Shown: one piece after another, positions 1 to 11,743 of the stretch
Layout: the number at the start of each line of letters is the position of its first letter
Numbering within the stretch: position 1 is the stretch's first letter
Assembly (NCBI RefSeq): GCF_006345805.1
Contig: NW_021836150.1
Span: forward strand, 62,001 to 126,000
Direction: 5' to 3'
Source of the DNA: Octopus sinensis
Taxonomy: Eukaryota
DNA length: 64,000 nt
Notes under the pieces: model-generated
Databases searched by the model: none
Told to the model about the DNA's origin: nothing
Seen by the model: the letters and a program-made list of their open reading frames with translations, nothing else
Program-made: the position numbers and the translations under genes

Positions 1-575
1 CGTCACACTCTGTGTCATGCTGAATCTCCCTGAGAACTACATTAAGGGTACACGCGTCAGTGGATTGCTCAGCCACTTGCACTCTTTACTCTTTTACTTG
101 TTTCAGTCATTTGACTGCGGCCATGCTGGAGCACCGCCTTTAGTCGAGCAAATCGACCCTGGGACTTATTCTTTGTAAGCCCAGTACTTATTCTATCAGT
201 CTCTTTTGCCGAACTGCTAAGTAACGGGGACATAAACACACCAGCATCGGTTGTCAAGCAATGCTAGGGGGACAAACACAGACACACAAACATACACACA
301 CACATATATATATATACATATATACGACAGGCTTCTTTCAGTTTCCGTCTACCAAATCCACTCACAAGGCTTTGGTCGGCCCGGGGCTATAGCAGAAGAC
401 ACTTGCCCAAGATGCCACGCAGTGGGACTGAACCCGGAACCATGTGGTTGGTTAGCAAGCTACTTACCACACAGCCACTCCTGTGCCTTAATTTTATGTT
501 AATTTTATGAGCAAACTGTTCCGTTGATCGTACCAGCTGGGACCCTTGTCGTCGTAACCGACGGAGTGCTCCTTT
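1..575 (+). mobile_element. 3' part of a family B SINE, interrupted by a family A SINE at 83-487
   Basis: 1-82 and about 499-575 are the reverse complement of consecutive parts of the B copies at 18541-18920 and 25834-26224. Confidence 0.8.
83..487 (-). mobile_element. tRNA-headed SINE, family A
   Basis: The minus strand reads GGAGTGGCTGTGTGGTAAG (A-box-like) then GGGTTCAGTCCC (B-box-like), with an internal CA/TA microsatellite and an (AAGAGT)-type tail. At least 6 further copies occur in the window. Confidence 0.9.
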
Positions 576-934
576 AGCAATATAAAAGCTTTTTAATGCA
601 TCATTGCTTTTGTTCTGTAATGCTACATGCAATTTTCCAGAAAATACATAGGTAGATTTTTGTTGAAGTAAATTTTTTTTACAGGTAGATGCATTTCCAG
701 CTATTAACTAGTAAGAAATGAAACATTTGATAACAAGAAAGATAGAGAGGGGTAAAAGTGCAACATAATGGTTGTAGTTGTAATTTTTTAACTCATTTCT
801 ATGTAGATAGCAGTCCAATAAATTATCTTTACAGCCATTTAAAAAATTTTTTAGCTTAAGCAAAGAGACATTTAGAATATCATAAGCATAAATTGGTAAT
901 TGTTTGAGGCATGAATAAAAGGAAATAAAAGAGA

Positions 935-1125
935 AACAACCCCGAGACAATCAGATACAGGAAAACAATAAATCTGATTTGTCAGTTCAGAAGAATATAA
1001 ATATTAACAAAGAAGTGAAATCATGCCTTTCGTTAATGGGAAGATTGGTTAAAAATCCAGAAAAGTACAACACCACAGGAATAAAAATAAAGATCCATAT
1101 ACAAAAACAGCACATTACTGACAAT
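935..1125 (+). mobile_element. Possible decayed C-terminus of an R4-like LINE
   Basis: Translation GRLVKNPEKY...IKIHIQKQHIT weakly resembles the G.IKK..EK....I..IQK..LL ends seen at 43865-44300. Confidence 0.25.
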
Positions 1126-1134
1126 AAAATTAAT

Positions 1135-1187
1135 ATCTATACACACACACGTATATATAGACATATACACAGACATACACACACAAA

Positions 1188-1254
<67 letters not shown>

Positions 1255-1322
1255 ATATATATACACACATATATACATACACACACACATACACAAACAT
1301 ACATATATACACAAACACACAC
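1135..1322. repeat. Compound (CA)n/(TA)n microsatellite
   Basis: Directly visible; (AT)n core at 1197-1263. Confidence 0.95.
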
Positions 1323-1786
1323 CACTGTGATGCTTTAAATTGGCATTAAGATCGTTAGGGATGTAAACTGAGAATGTATAAAACAAATATTCATCACTTA
1401 AACATAAATACATATGCTCAAAGAAACAAGTGATATGAGAATTTATAAAACACACACACACACATTCATTTTTGCACATCGAAATATATATATGCACAAC
1501 AAACATAAAATCACTTATACACACTGATTCATACTGAATTTAGGAATGTGTAATATATTCTGAAATATTTAGTGCCTATTAATATTTTCCCATAAATTTC
1601 TCAATAAACACTAAAAAAGTTGAAAACTCATAGTCAAGTACTGTGTGAGCGAGACTTAATGAGTACATGTGTGAAAGTGAAAGATAGAAATGTATGAGTG
1701 GAAAAACAGATAATTATATGGAAAGAAGTACTTTCTTATGCTGGTAATATGACAAGAAGTTAAAAATCATCATCCTTATAGTTTAA

Positions 1787-2231
1787 CCCTTTTGATACCA
1801 ACCCGCCTGAAACCGCCTCTGGCTCTGTAATACAAATGTCTTGTTTTCAAAAGATCTGAATTAAAATCTTCCACCAAACCTTAGTCACAATTTATGTTCC
1901 TAACACTGGCTTAACGATGACTACATTATTTTAATAATTCTTTGTTATATTTAAAAATTAATTGAAAGAACACAGAGTATCTCAACAGAAATATGGTAAT
2001 GAAAGGGTTAACCCTTCTGTTACTGTATTTATTTTGAGATGCTTTGTGTTTCTTTCAATTACTTTAAATATAACAAAGAATTTAGAAAAATAACTTAGTT
2101 ATCATTAAGCTAGTGTTAGGAACATAAATTGTGACTAAGGTTTGGTGGAAGATTTTAATTTAAAACTAATGCTAACAAGACATTTGTACTCAGAACCAGA
2201 GCCGGTTTCAGGCGGGTTGGTAACGAAAGGG
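1787..2231. mobile_element. Two piggyBac-type MITE copies (1787-2007 and 2012-2231) in inverted orientation sharing one TTAA
   Basis: TTAA at 1783-1786, 2008-2011 and 2232-2235. Each unit runs CCCTT...AAAGGG, and the second unit is the near reverse complement of the first. Confidence 0.9.
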
Positions 2232-3023
2232 TTAAACATTTTTTTTCTGAGTTGAATGGATCTGCTTCAAATTATTATAAAAAATGGAAAATGCTGTGTT
2301 GCAAAATATCCTAAAATGGGAACTTGTTCAAACACATTTACATGACAAGCACACACAAGGAATGGTCCTTCAATTTACTAGAAATAGCAGTGACTTAAAT
2401 TCACACATTGCTGCTTTAAAATGGAAGAGTCTTTACAGATTAAGCCAACTTATGATCAAATACAGGAAAGCATTTGGTCAAAATTTAGCATGATCTCTAA
2501 TGACCCGAAAGCTAAAGGAGATCATGAATATTTACATGTTGTATATGCTAACTACCCATATTGTATATCCATTAACAATTGACCAGTCAGTAAATATAAA
2601 ACCAGCTCTGCTTTTTATAGATGCATGTCAATTTCAGCATGTGATACTCAGCTCTCAGACAATGTATCCCCGGAAGAATTGAAATTTCCCCTCTTGTAAG
2701 CTGTAGCCAATACAAATCTGGCTGCCATTCAGTATGTTCTTATTCATACATTTGTTTATATAGCTGGTTGACTTTCTTTCAGGTCAGTATTGAAAGTGGT
2801 AGTGCTATCAATTAAGGATGCAAGATATAGATATAAAAGTTGTGCTGTTATACATATAAGTGGGAGAGCCATAATGTCTTGACAGAAAAAAAACACTTTT
2901 CAACAAGATTAACCATTCTCCATACTCGTAACATGCTGAGAAAAATTACTCACATTACAACTGCATATCACTGTGTATACTAGAGAAGCAGCAAATCCAG
3001 CACAAAGAAGCTCCAGGATGAAC

Positions 3024-3056
<33 letters not shown>

Positions 3057-3062
3057 CATTAT

Positions 3063-3365
3063 TGGCACGTAAAAAGCACCATCCGATCGTGGCCATTGCC
3101 AGCCTCGCATGGCCTCCATGCCGGTGGCATGTAAAAAGCACCATCCGATCATGGCCGTTTGCCAGCCTCATCTGGCACCTGTGCCGGTGGCATGTAAAAA
3201 GCACCCACTACACTAAATGGAGTGGTTGGCATTAGGAAGGGCATCCAGCTGTAGAAACATTGCCAGATCAGAGTGGGCCTGGTGCAACCTTCTGGCTTCC
3301 CAGACCCCAGTTGAACCGTCCAACCCATGCCAGCATGGAAAGCAGACGCTAAACGATGATTATTA
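3063..3365 (+). mobile_element. RTE-like LINE 3' end (family D) with internal about 62-bp tandem units, inserted next to an (ATT)n tract
   Basis: Contains GTGGTTGGCATTAGGAAGGGCATCCAGCTG and ends ACCCATGCCAGCATGGAAAGCAGACGCTAAACGATGAT. The same end follows RTE ORF remnants at 54055-54680. Confidence 0.85.
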
Positions 3366-3880
3366 TCATTATTATTATTATTAGTAGTAGTAGTAGTAGG
3401 AGGAGGAGGAGAACTGTTAGTGAGTATGTATGAGTGCAACACCTTGCTTCAGTTACTAGTTTGTTTGTGGTAATTATGTCTTGCTTCAGTGCTACAATCA
3501 TCATAAATTGTGATGTGAACAATAAAGATGATTATTATATCTTTTTGACTTGCTTATTTAGGAAAATAGAAAATTTCAAAAATAGTGTGTAGACATCAGT
3601 TTTATGAAAGATATTCCTGTTTTTGTAAACACCTGACTTTGTTTCTTTACAGAGATTTATGAAATTTATAAAACATCTAGATATGTTATTGGGGAAAATA
3701 TCATCAACGTCTTTGAAGTCAATTAGAAATATTAAATTTGACAAGAAATCCCTTCTTTCAAGCAGATAAAAGTTAATTTTCTTTCAAATACAAGTTTGCC
3801 TAAAGATATGGAACTTTGATATGCTTGTCAAAGAAGTGTCGGCTTGTTTTAGTTATTTGTAGGTATGTGAGGAGACTTAA

Positions 3881-4098
3881 CCCTTTAGCATTCAAATTAC
3901 TGTCTATTGCAATGCTTATTTATTCACATTCTTTTAAATTAATCACACATTATCTTGTGGCTTTGTGATTTCATTGATGGGATTGTTTATTTTTATAATG
4001 ATATTCTAGGGTAGGCACAAGAGGTCAAATATGACCAGTTTGAATGTAAAGCATGTTGAATATTTTGCCCAGATATGGTCAGTTTAAATGATAATAGG
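3881..4098. mobile_element. Degenerate piggyBac-type MITE (different family from 1787-2231)
   Basis: TTAA-CCCTTTAGCATTCAAA at the left end; TTTAAATGATAATAGG-TTAA at the right end, an imperfect inverted match. Confidence 0.6.
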
Positions 4099-5545
4099 TT
4101 AATTTATAAATAAACATAATTAATTCTACTAGGAAGTCATTGGGATTCAAAAGAACTGGGATATTACAATTTTGTCGCATATTATAGTGGGCAAGAAAAT
4201 GATATCACTTTGGATAGAAAGTGGTTGAAATTAATTACTGCTTGTATCACACAAGCTATAAATGAATGAATATTGTATGTGTAAACATATTTAGCTCTTT
4301 CTGTCAAGATTTGTTGGGTTACAAATCATACATTAAAAAGATTCTCTAGCCAGCAATATATGTATTGAAAACAGCTGTTGAGTCTAAAATTAATTATAAG
4401 TTATATGACAGAGAATATCGCATAATCAATTCTGCATAAGTAAACTCATTTAGGTTTACTGTAAGGATGCTTAAAATGATAAATATAAAGAATATTGCTT
4501 TCAGCCCTCCTCATTTAATATGTGTTCTATCCTATTTATACCTATGATACAAGATTTATATAAAATTTTTCTCTGGTTATATTTATGTAGGTTTTTTTTT
4601 TAATATTATTTTCATGATTGTATAAATAGAGGCTTGTCAGAATTGTAAATGTTGAATAAAATTTTTGGCTGTGTTTGTTCTGGCCTCTTGCATTCCGAGT
4701 TCAAGACCTGTTGAGGTCAACTATACTCTGAATCCTTCTGCATTCAAAAAAGTAAAGTAAGAGTGTGTTTTGAAGTTAATTTAATCGACTTATATCTTCC
4801 AGACTTCTTAAAGCAAGTGCAAAGAACAGCAAAAAGACATTTCTTCTCACTCCACCAATGCTTCTCTTTACTTTTGATGAAGGATTAATACTCAAAACAT
4901 TAAGACACTCTCTTTCTTCATAAAATAATACCATATTTGTCAAACATTGTTCTTCCTGTGTTATCCTTTTCTATATATCTTTTCAGAAAGCAAGATATTA
5001 CAGCTGAAAATCCAGGGCAAATTTTCTTAGTGCTGCAATCATTTTGAGAAAAGATAAACCACCAAAACCAGAGCATTCCTGGGAGAAGCAGCGATCTCGG
5101 GTATTGTTAGTTTTTTAAAGAAGTGTCTGATGAAGAGTATATTTATGCTCACATAGTTATTAACATGTTCCATTATAGCTATTCTTAATCACCTTAAATG
5201 AAAAGTTTTACATCTTCCTGACCTATATTCCAGCTCATTTTATTGTAAATGGTATAGAAGTTTTACACTGGATAGAAAATAAATAGTTATTTGCATTATC
5301 TGGGTTTCCAACTAACAAAGTTCATAAAGAACTATTATTAATTCACAATATCCATTATATGTGATTAAAGAACAAAATCAAAGCTTCATCAAAATCACTC
5401 TGGATCAGACACGCTATCTCTGAGTTGTTCCATTACCCCATTATCGTTAGCTGCAAATGCAATATCCGGTTATATACTCAACTAATTTTCAAAAACTTAC
5501 AAGGAAATTCTGAAGTATATTTTTCTTTACTAATATATATATATA

Positions 5546-6420
5546 TGAGGTCTGGTCAATAAGTATCCAGACTTGTCATAGTAATGGAGCTAAAGCATGC
5601 AGAGTGAAGCTGTTTGGTACAGATTGACTTTGAACTCTGTTGTGCATGTGTACTAAGTTTTGACATTCTAGCTCACTTCCGCTGCTTGGAAGGAAGGTGT
5701 GTAGCATGTGAGTGTCACATTCACCATGACTGAGAAAGTTATGGCGATACCTGCTCAGAGGCCAATGCAAAGTTGCCGACAGTGTATGGAGAGGAGTGTA
5801 TGAGCTGCACACAAGTGTATGAATGGTTCAGAGGTTTCCATGATGGCTAAAAAAAAAGAGTCAATATTGACGAACATTCTGGGAGACCTGCAACCAGCAG
5901 TACTGAGAAAAACATTGCAGATGTGCGTGCAACTGTGAGAAGAAATCATCGAATCACCATCTGTGAGTTACAGAGGATGTGCAGTTTAGTTATGGTTCAG
6001 TCCATTATCACTGAAGATTTGGGTATGAGATGTGTATCTGCCAAGTTTGTGCTATAACTGTCTTCAGCTGACCAAAAAGACACTTGGGTTTCAGTTGCAC
6101 AAGATCTCCTTGATTGTGTTGAGAATGATGAAATCTTTTTGAAAGCCTTGCATAGGCCTCTGAGCAGATATCACCAAGCATTTGGCAAAATTTGATGCAG
6201 ATTCTCTGCTCAACTTTCTCTGCCATGGTCAATGCAGCAATTACACACTACACGCCTTCTTTCTAAGCACTGTTGTAAACAGCAGAAGTGAGCTAGAATG
6301 TTAAAACTTAGTGTGCATGCACAGCAGAGTTCAAGGTCAATCTGTGTCATGCAGCTTCACTCTGCGTACTTTACTTTTGTAACTATGTCAACAGTCCAGA
6401 TACTTATTGATCAGACCATG
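5546..6420. mobile_element. Mariner-derived element made of two left ends facing each other
   Basis: TA-flanked TIRs TGAGGTCTGGTCAATAAGTATCCAGAC and GTCCAGATACTTATTGATCAGACCATG. The plus strand carries a disrupted transposase N-terminus (VYEWF..F, SGRP, LGMR.VSAKFV) up to about 6144. The minus strand carries a second N-terminus (MAEKVEQRICIKFC) from 6226 to about 6145. Confidence 0.85.
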
Positions 6421-6457
<37 letters not shown>

Positions 6458-6459
<2 letters not shown>

Positions 6460-6705
6460 GACGTTAAAATCTCCAACCGATCATGGCCGATGTCGGACCC
6501 CCCTGACACCTGTGCAGGTGGCACATCAAAAGCACTCACTACACTTGCGGAGTGGTTGGCGTTAGGAAGGGGATCCAGCTGTAGAAACTCTGCCAGATCA
6601 GACTGGAGCCTGGTGCAGCCCCTGGCTTCCCAGACCCCGGTCGAACCGTCCAACCCGTGCTAGCGCGGAAAACGGACGTTAAACAATGATGATGATGATG
6701 ATGAT
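6458..6705 (+). mobile_element. Family D RTE-like 3' end
   Basis: Same diagnostic core and (GAT)n tail as 3063-3365. Confidence 0.85.
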
Positions 6706-7039
6706 ATATATATATATGTAAACACATTCTTAAAATTAAAGGTTTTCTGGAACAATTAAATTGGAGGACAAGTTAAAAATGCATAGTTTCAAATAGTCTG
6801 CAGAATGGAGTCTTGAGAGGATATAAATTGCAGTCCAAAGGAGAAAAAACAAAACAAAAATTACACATTTCCCCATAAACACACACACGTGAATATATAT
6901 TGACAAATATTCTAAGTGCTGGAATAAGCACTGGTATTGCAAATGCATTGTGGGATATAGTCTTGTTGTAAGAGAAGATTTCCAACTGCCATAATATTCT
7001 CACGTCACTTTATCTTTATTCACAGTACCTACCTTCATA

Positions 7040-7480
7040 TGATATGTTTTATTCAATGCCTAGGTACTTCTAATACTCTTTGAGTGGGACAGGAGAGAGA
7101 GTGAGACCATTGATGCACAGGTTATGGATCTGGGGTACTGATTTTTCCCGTTCAATAATCAAATATAAACATTTCCTTTGGCCAAATTCCATTCCTATGT
7201 CTGCTGAAAATGTTATTAATATCCAGCTGTTTTTTGGCATTGTTAACATTTTAATCATAAATCTTGAGATCATCCACAAAGAAATTATGGGGTAGATTAA
7301 TATCTACAGCAGTTGCAGATCCTAGCATGTAGCCATTTGAGTCTTGTAGCAGGAATGATGATGAATTTAGTGCCAAAATGAAGAGAATCACAGAAAAACT
7401 GTCTCCTCGGAATATTTACTCTGAAATATTTATAACATTGGAGATGAACTTCTAAGTACTAGAAGTGTTTCCCAAGTCTT
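7040..7480 (-). mobile_element. Decayed reverse transcriptase fragment of an R4/Dong-like non-LTR retrotransposon
   Basis: Minus-strand motifs in the expected order: IFRGDSFS..LFILAL (about GIFQGDSLSP), HNFFVDDLKIY (RT catalytic DD), DIGMEFG..KC and KYLGIE. Stops and frameshifts are present. Confidence 0.75.
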
Positions 7481-7550
7481 TGTGAGCTTCTAAATGGTAG
7501 AAATTATGGCAAATGTAGATACTTCAGCAGCCATGCATGCATGTATGTAA

Positions 7551-7712
7551 TCATCATCACCATTTAACATCTCAACTTCCATACTGACATGGCTGGATGG
7601 TTAAACAGGGACCAATAAGCGAGAGGGCTGTGTGAACTCCAATGTCTACTTTGGCATGATTTCTACAGCTGGATGCCCTTCCTATTGCTAATCACTTTAC
7701 AAATGATGATAA
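7551..7712 (-). mobile_element. Degenerate family D 3' end
   Basis: (CAT)n start and CTACAGCTGGATGCCCTTCCT core. Confidence 0.7.
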
Positions 7713-8844
7713 TAAATATACACACACACACTTATAGGAATGCAGGTAATGTGAAAGTATGAATTGTTGTGGGATGACTAAATAACCTTAGTGAGTCAAA
7801 ACTATTGAAAAGGGTGCAAGATGCAACGAAAATTTTAGGAAAATAAAAATAAGAAAAAAATGGAAATTTTACAGGTGTGTGTGTTATATTATAGGGCACA
7901 AAAAGAAAATGACTCTCCCCAGACACAACTAAATAACCTTAAATTTATGAATAATTTGTATTAAAACTATTGAAAACACTTTCTTTTGTTTATTCAATTA
8001 AATGTATATCAATGTTTTATGTTCACTTTCCCATGCTGGCATGGGTTTTGAGGCAGCGTGTCACACTTTAATCTTGGAAACATCAGCCTTACAGATTTAT
8101 AAACATTCCTGATGCCGACCATTTTTGTTGCTTTTTATAACATACAGGGATACGGTGTAGCAATTTTAAAATATACAGGATACACTCTCTCCCGCTTTCT
8201 CTCTCTTTCACACACACGCATTTTTCCATGCCATGAGAATACCTTATAAATAACTATATTAACAATTCATATACATATCTATCTATCTTTCCATCTATAT
8301 ATATAATATAGGGATACACACAAGTATATATTCTTTGTTGTTGACAGCAAAAGCATTAATGCTTCTTTATAAAAACAGCATGGGTTTTTAAAGAGAATGA
8401 ATAGCTACTTGTGAAACAATTAAAGAAACCTTTGAAAAGATAAAAAAATAAACACTCAAACATGAATAATCCCCCAAATTAATGCAAAAACTTCTTTATA
8501 TTAAATGGAAATGAATTGTGGTATAACTTTAAATATAAGCTTCTAGCAGTTTGATATCAACATAATATATGAAAAGAAACTCACACGCAGATATAGGACA
8601 CTTCTGTTTGAATGGAAGCCATTCAAATAGTGATAGAAACTTGTATCATCAATAAAACATACTGAAATGTAGCACCAGGTTTCTATAATGCCACAGGCAA
8701 CAGAACAGAAACTATTTAACCAATTCAAAATGTATATTGTGTTAACTATGTGATGAAACGCTGCATCAGAAAAGAAATATAGGGTGGAAAATTACTCTGT
8801 TAAATATCACTTGAATTCAGAGACAATGATTCCAACAAGTTTAT

Positions 8845-9025
8845 TAGATTGTTGCTGTTTAGCCCCAGGCCATCCCTAGGCAAACAGACCTATGATCAAG
8901 ATAATTCCAGCGATGAATATTTTTCTTTTACTATATTTATAACCTATAGTGTTTAGTGTGTCCTCCTCATACTAAGCAGTAGACTATGATTCGATGGAGA
9001 TTTGGCTGTTATTTCTAGAAAGTTT
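8845..9025 (+). repeat. Old interspersed repeat (family F). Related copies at about 15610-15800 (-), 36445-36625 (-), 52205-52390 (+) and 52470-52620 (+)
   Basis: Recurrent motif ATTTGGCTG(C/T)TATTTCTAG with similar upstream sequence. Class not determined. Confidence 0.55.
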
Positions 9026-9789
9026 TAGAGTGCATACAGCTTCCTTTGTCAGTTTATTGGCATTCAATTATTGTTAAATATCATAAGGATTATCTTAATT
9101 GATTTCAATTAAATATTAACCGTCACAAGTTTTATGAGCTACAGTTAGTTCAATCATCTTATGTAACACATTAACTATTGTTATTAATTATTATTGAGTT
9201 ACCTTTGATTCACATAGTGTTAAACTCATGAATGGGAAACTTGATATCTCCTGGATTAGATATTAAGTGCATCACAAATTTAATTTCCTCAGTTAGCCAG
9301 TTTGCTATCTATTACCTATTTTGTTAAAAATATTAATAAACACAAGCAGTTTCAATTAAATGCCAATGAAGTGTTAACAATAGAATATAGAATTATCAAT
9401 GAATTTGTTCAGTTATTGATATGATATAAACTATGACAGTCCAAATCATGCTGGGTTAGCGTCATGATGAGTTGGCACTTGTCAAAACTTTTGTGATGCA
9501 CTCTCCATCATTATTTTATGTTTTTCTGTGCGGGTGTGGATTGTGCAGGTTTTCTTAGGCAGTGTTCTATGGCTGATGCCCCTCCTTCACTAACCCTTAT
9601 AATCACTTTTTACAACATGCAAGGTCCTGCTGTACATATTCCAAAACTGGAGGATGTATGCTATATGCTTTCATAATATTCCCCTTGTTCATTTGTTTAA
9701 CATCTATGTTTCTGTACTAACATGGAGTAGATAAATACACATTGCAAAGACATTGTTTTACAGCCAGACCCCTTCTTATCACCAGAAGA

Positions 9790-10070
9790 AATTTTAGCCC
9801 ATTCTGCAAAGCTTAAATCAGGCCACCAGTGATGTACTCTGCCCATATTTGGAATGGTTCTGCTGAAATACACACTGACATCTTGGACTGTACCCTGAGA
9901 AGAGCCACTTTACTGATTAGCATTCCATCACTAACAGAGACACTCCATCTTCTGGCTCACATGTGTGCTGTCTCCTCTTTCTGTCTTTTCTGTCACTACT
10001 ATAATGGTATCTGCTTCTTGGAATTGGCTAGTCTTGTACCTCTACCACTCAAACATCTCGGACCTAATTG
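9790..10070 (+). mobile_element. Decayed CR1/L2/Crack-like (Jockey group) LINE, region after the RT domain
   Basis: Translation ...YSAHIWNGS...LD...RRA..LI..PSLTETL..LAH..AVSS.CLF..YYNG.C..ELASLVP. Confidence 0.65.
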
Positions 10071-11743
10071 TTCTTCCATCTTTTATCACCTTTGTTGCAT
10101 TTAACCTCCTCCCCTTTTAGAAATTTGCTTGTTGGCTCATAATTGTCTGATGTTAAAAGAATAATGAGAAGAGAAGAATCGGAAACTGGGAAAAAAAATT
10201 TCATAGTAGGGCAACCAAAACTGATGATATCTATGCAGAACTGGCATGGGACCAAGTTGGTGCAGTCTGTCCCTAACAAGCCCCCAACAAGTGTTCACTA
10301 ATTCAAATAGGATATAGTGTACTCTATCAGCTGACATCCAATAGTTATATGCCTATCCACTAGAATGATTATTCTGTGTAATATATTTTTTTCATAGTAA
10401 CTCGGATGTTGTGGTTGTTTCTATAAAAGCACAATGTTGCAACTGAGTTGAAACTACAGAACAGCTTCACCTCAAACTGATTTGAGCTTCTGGAGTAAAC
10501 TTGGCCATGGGAAATTCGTCTTGAGCAAATTTTGTCAAAACAATTCTTTGTATTTATATTTGAAGTATGGTTTCACGTTGAGTAAAGCAGATAAAAAGAC
10601 ACTGCAGCTTGAATTATTAATCACTAATTGTTTTCATAAGTTAATTTCCATAATACTTATACTAGTATTTATGCATTTCAAATTCTTTTACTTCCTATCA
10701 TTGTGTAAAGTATTTGGTGAAGATAAGCTGTTGCTCCAATTGCATTTGCTATGAATAACTAGAAGAGAAAGTAACACAGGTCAGTCAGTTCTTATAGAAG
10801 CAAAAGATTAGAAACTACATTCGTCTTATGAGTAATCCATTTAGCACTCATAGGAAATGTTATGTTCAAATAGCATTAAAGATAGAACAATAACATCAGC
10901 TAAATATTAACAATAATAAGCAACAATATCTATGGTTTATGCATAAAGTTAGAAAATTATTGTGAGGGATACATTAGAAGTAACAACCTTAGAGAGATTT
11001 CCCAAAGATATAGCTTTTAATTTTCTTCTGTATCTCAAGTTTTACTCCTTGGTAACAAGAGAGCATTTTTTATTTTTGTAGTTATCCTGTCTACTAGAGA
11101 TAGTGACCAAATTTTCCTCATATAAAAGCCCACCATCTTAAACAAAGAAGGAAGGAAACACTGAATAATGTAGTACAGCAATCCAAAAGGCAAGATTGTC
11201 ATGGTTGAAAGATGTTTTTTTTGCACAGGTCTTCTCAATGAGGGCTGGTCTAAAACTAAACATCTGTCATTGAAGAATTGCCAAGCTACAATCGTCCTAT
11301 GGAAGATGAACAATACTGTCACTGAAACACCGATTCTACCATCTTATAATGTGTTAGCAGAGGGCTAGAATAATGACAGTGTAAGGGATGTGCTGGGCAT
11401 TATTGGCCGTACAGATTTTACTGAACAATTTTCCGACAAAAGATTAATGGCAACATTTAAAGATTCTTAGCTTGGTTGGATTTTTCTTACCAAATTTATA
11501 GCTAATATTATTATCATGCTAATCTTCCTGCTACATCATATGAAGAGAAAAAAACAATCACAAACAAGAACAATAATAAAAATAGTGAAGAAGAAATGAA
11601 AGAAAGATAACGTCAGAGGAGCAGTCATTCAGTTTCTGATTGATTAAAAACTTTTCTCTTAACCCTTTTTTCTTAAACCACCTATACTTAAACAAAGATT
11701 TGTTCTCGTCTGGGAAACAATTGATGGTTGAATATGCACTTAC

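Noticed and set aside
708-950. ORF with a hydrophobic C-terminus as the GPI-signal exon of the Ig gene
   Set aside because: The acceptor is weak and in phase 2, which does not match the phase-1 donor. T-rich frames give hydrophobic peptides by chance.
979-1524. Overlapping YI/HT/CV-repeat ORFs (similar ones at 47173-48428, 41725-42465 and elsewhere)
   Set aside because: They are translations of microsatellites and SINE copies.
5039-5126. Minus-strand frame ending AASPRNALVLVVYLFSK* as a GPI tail
   Set aside because: The only nearby acceptor is phase 2, and no linking exon was found.
11035-11322. 95-aa ORF just downstream of the Ig exon
   Set aside because: No recognisable motif and no convincing phase-1 acceptor.
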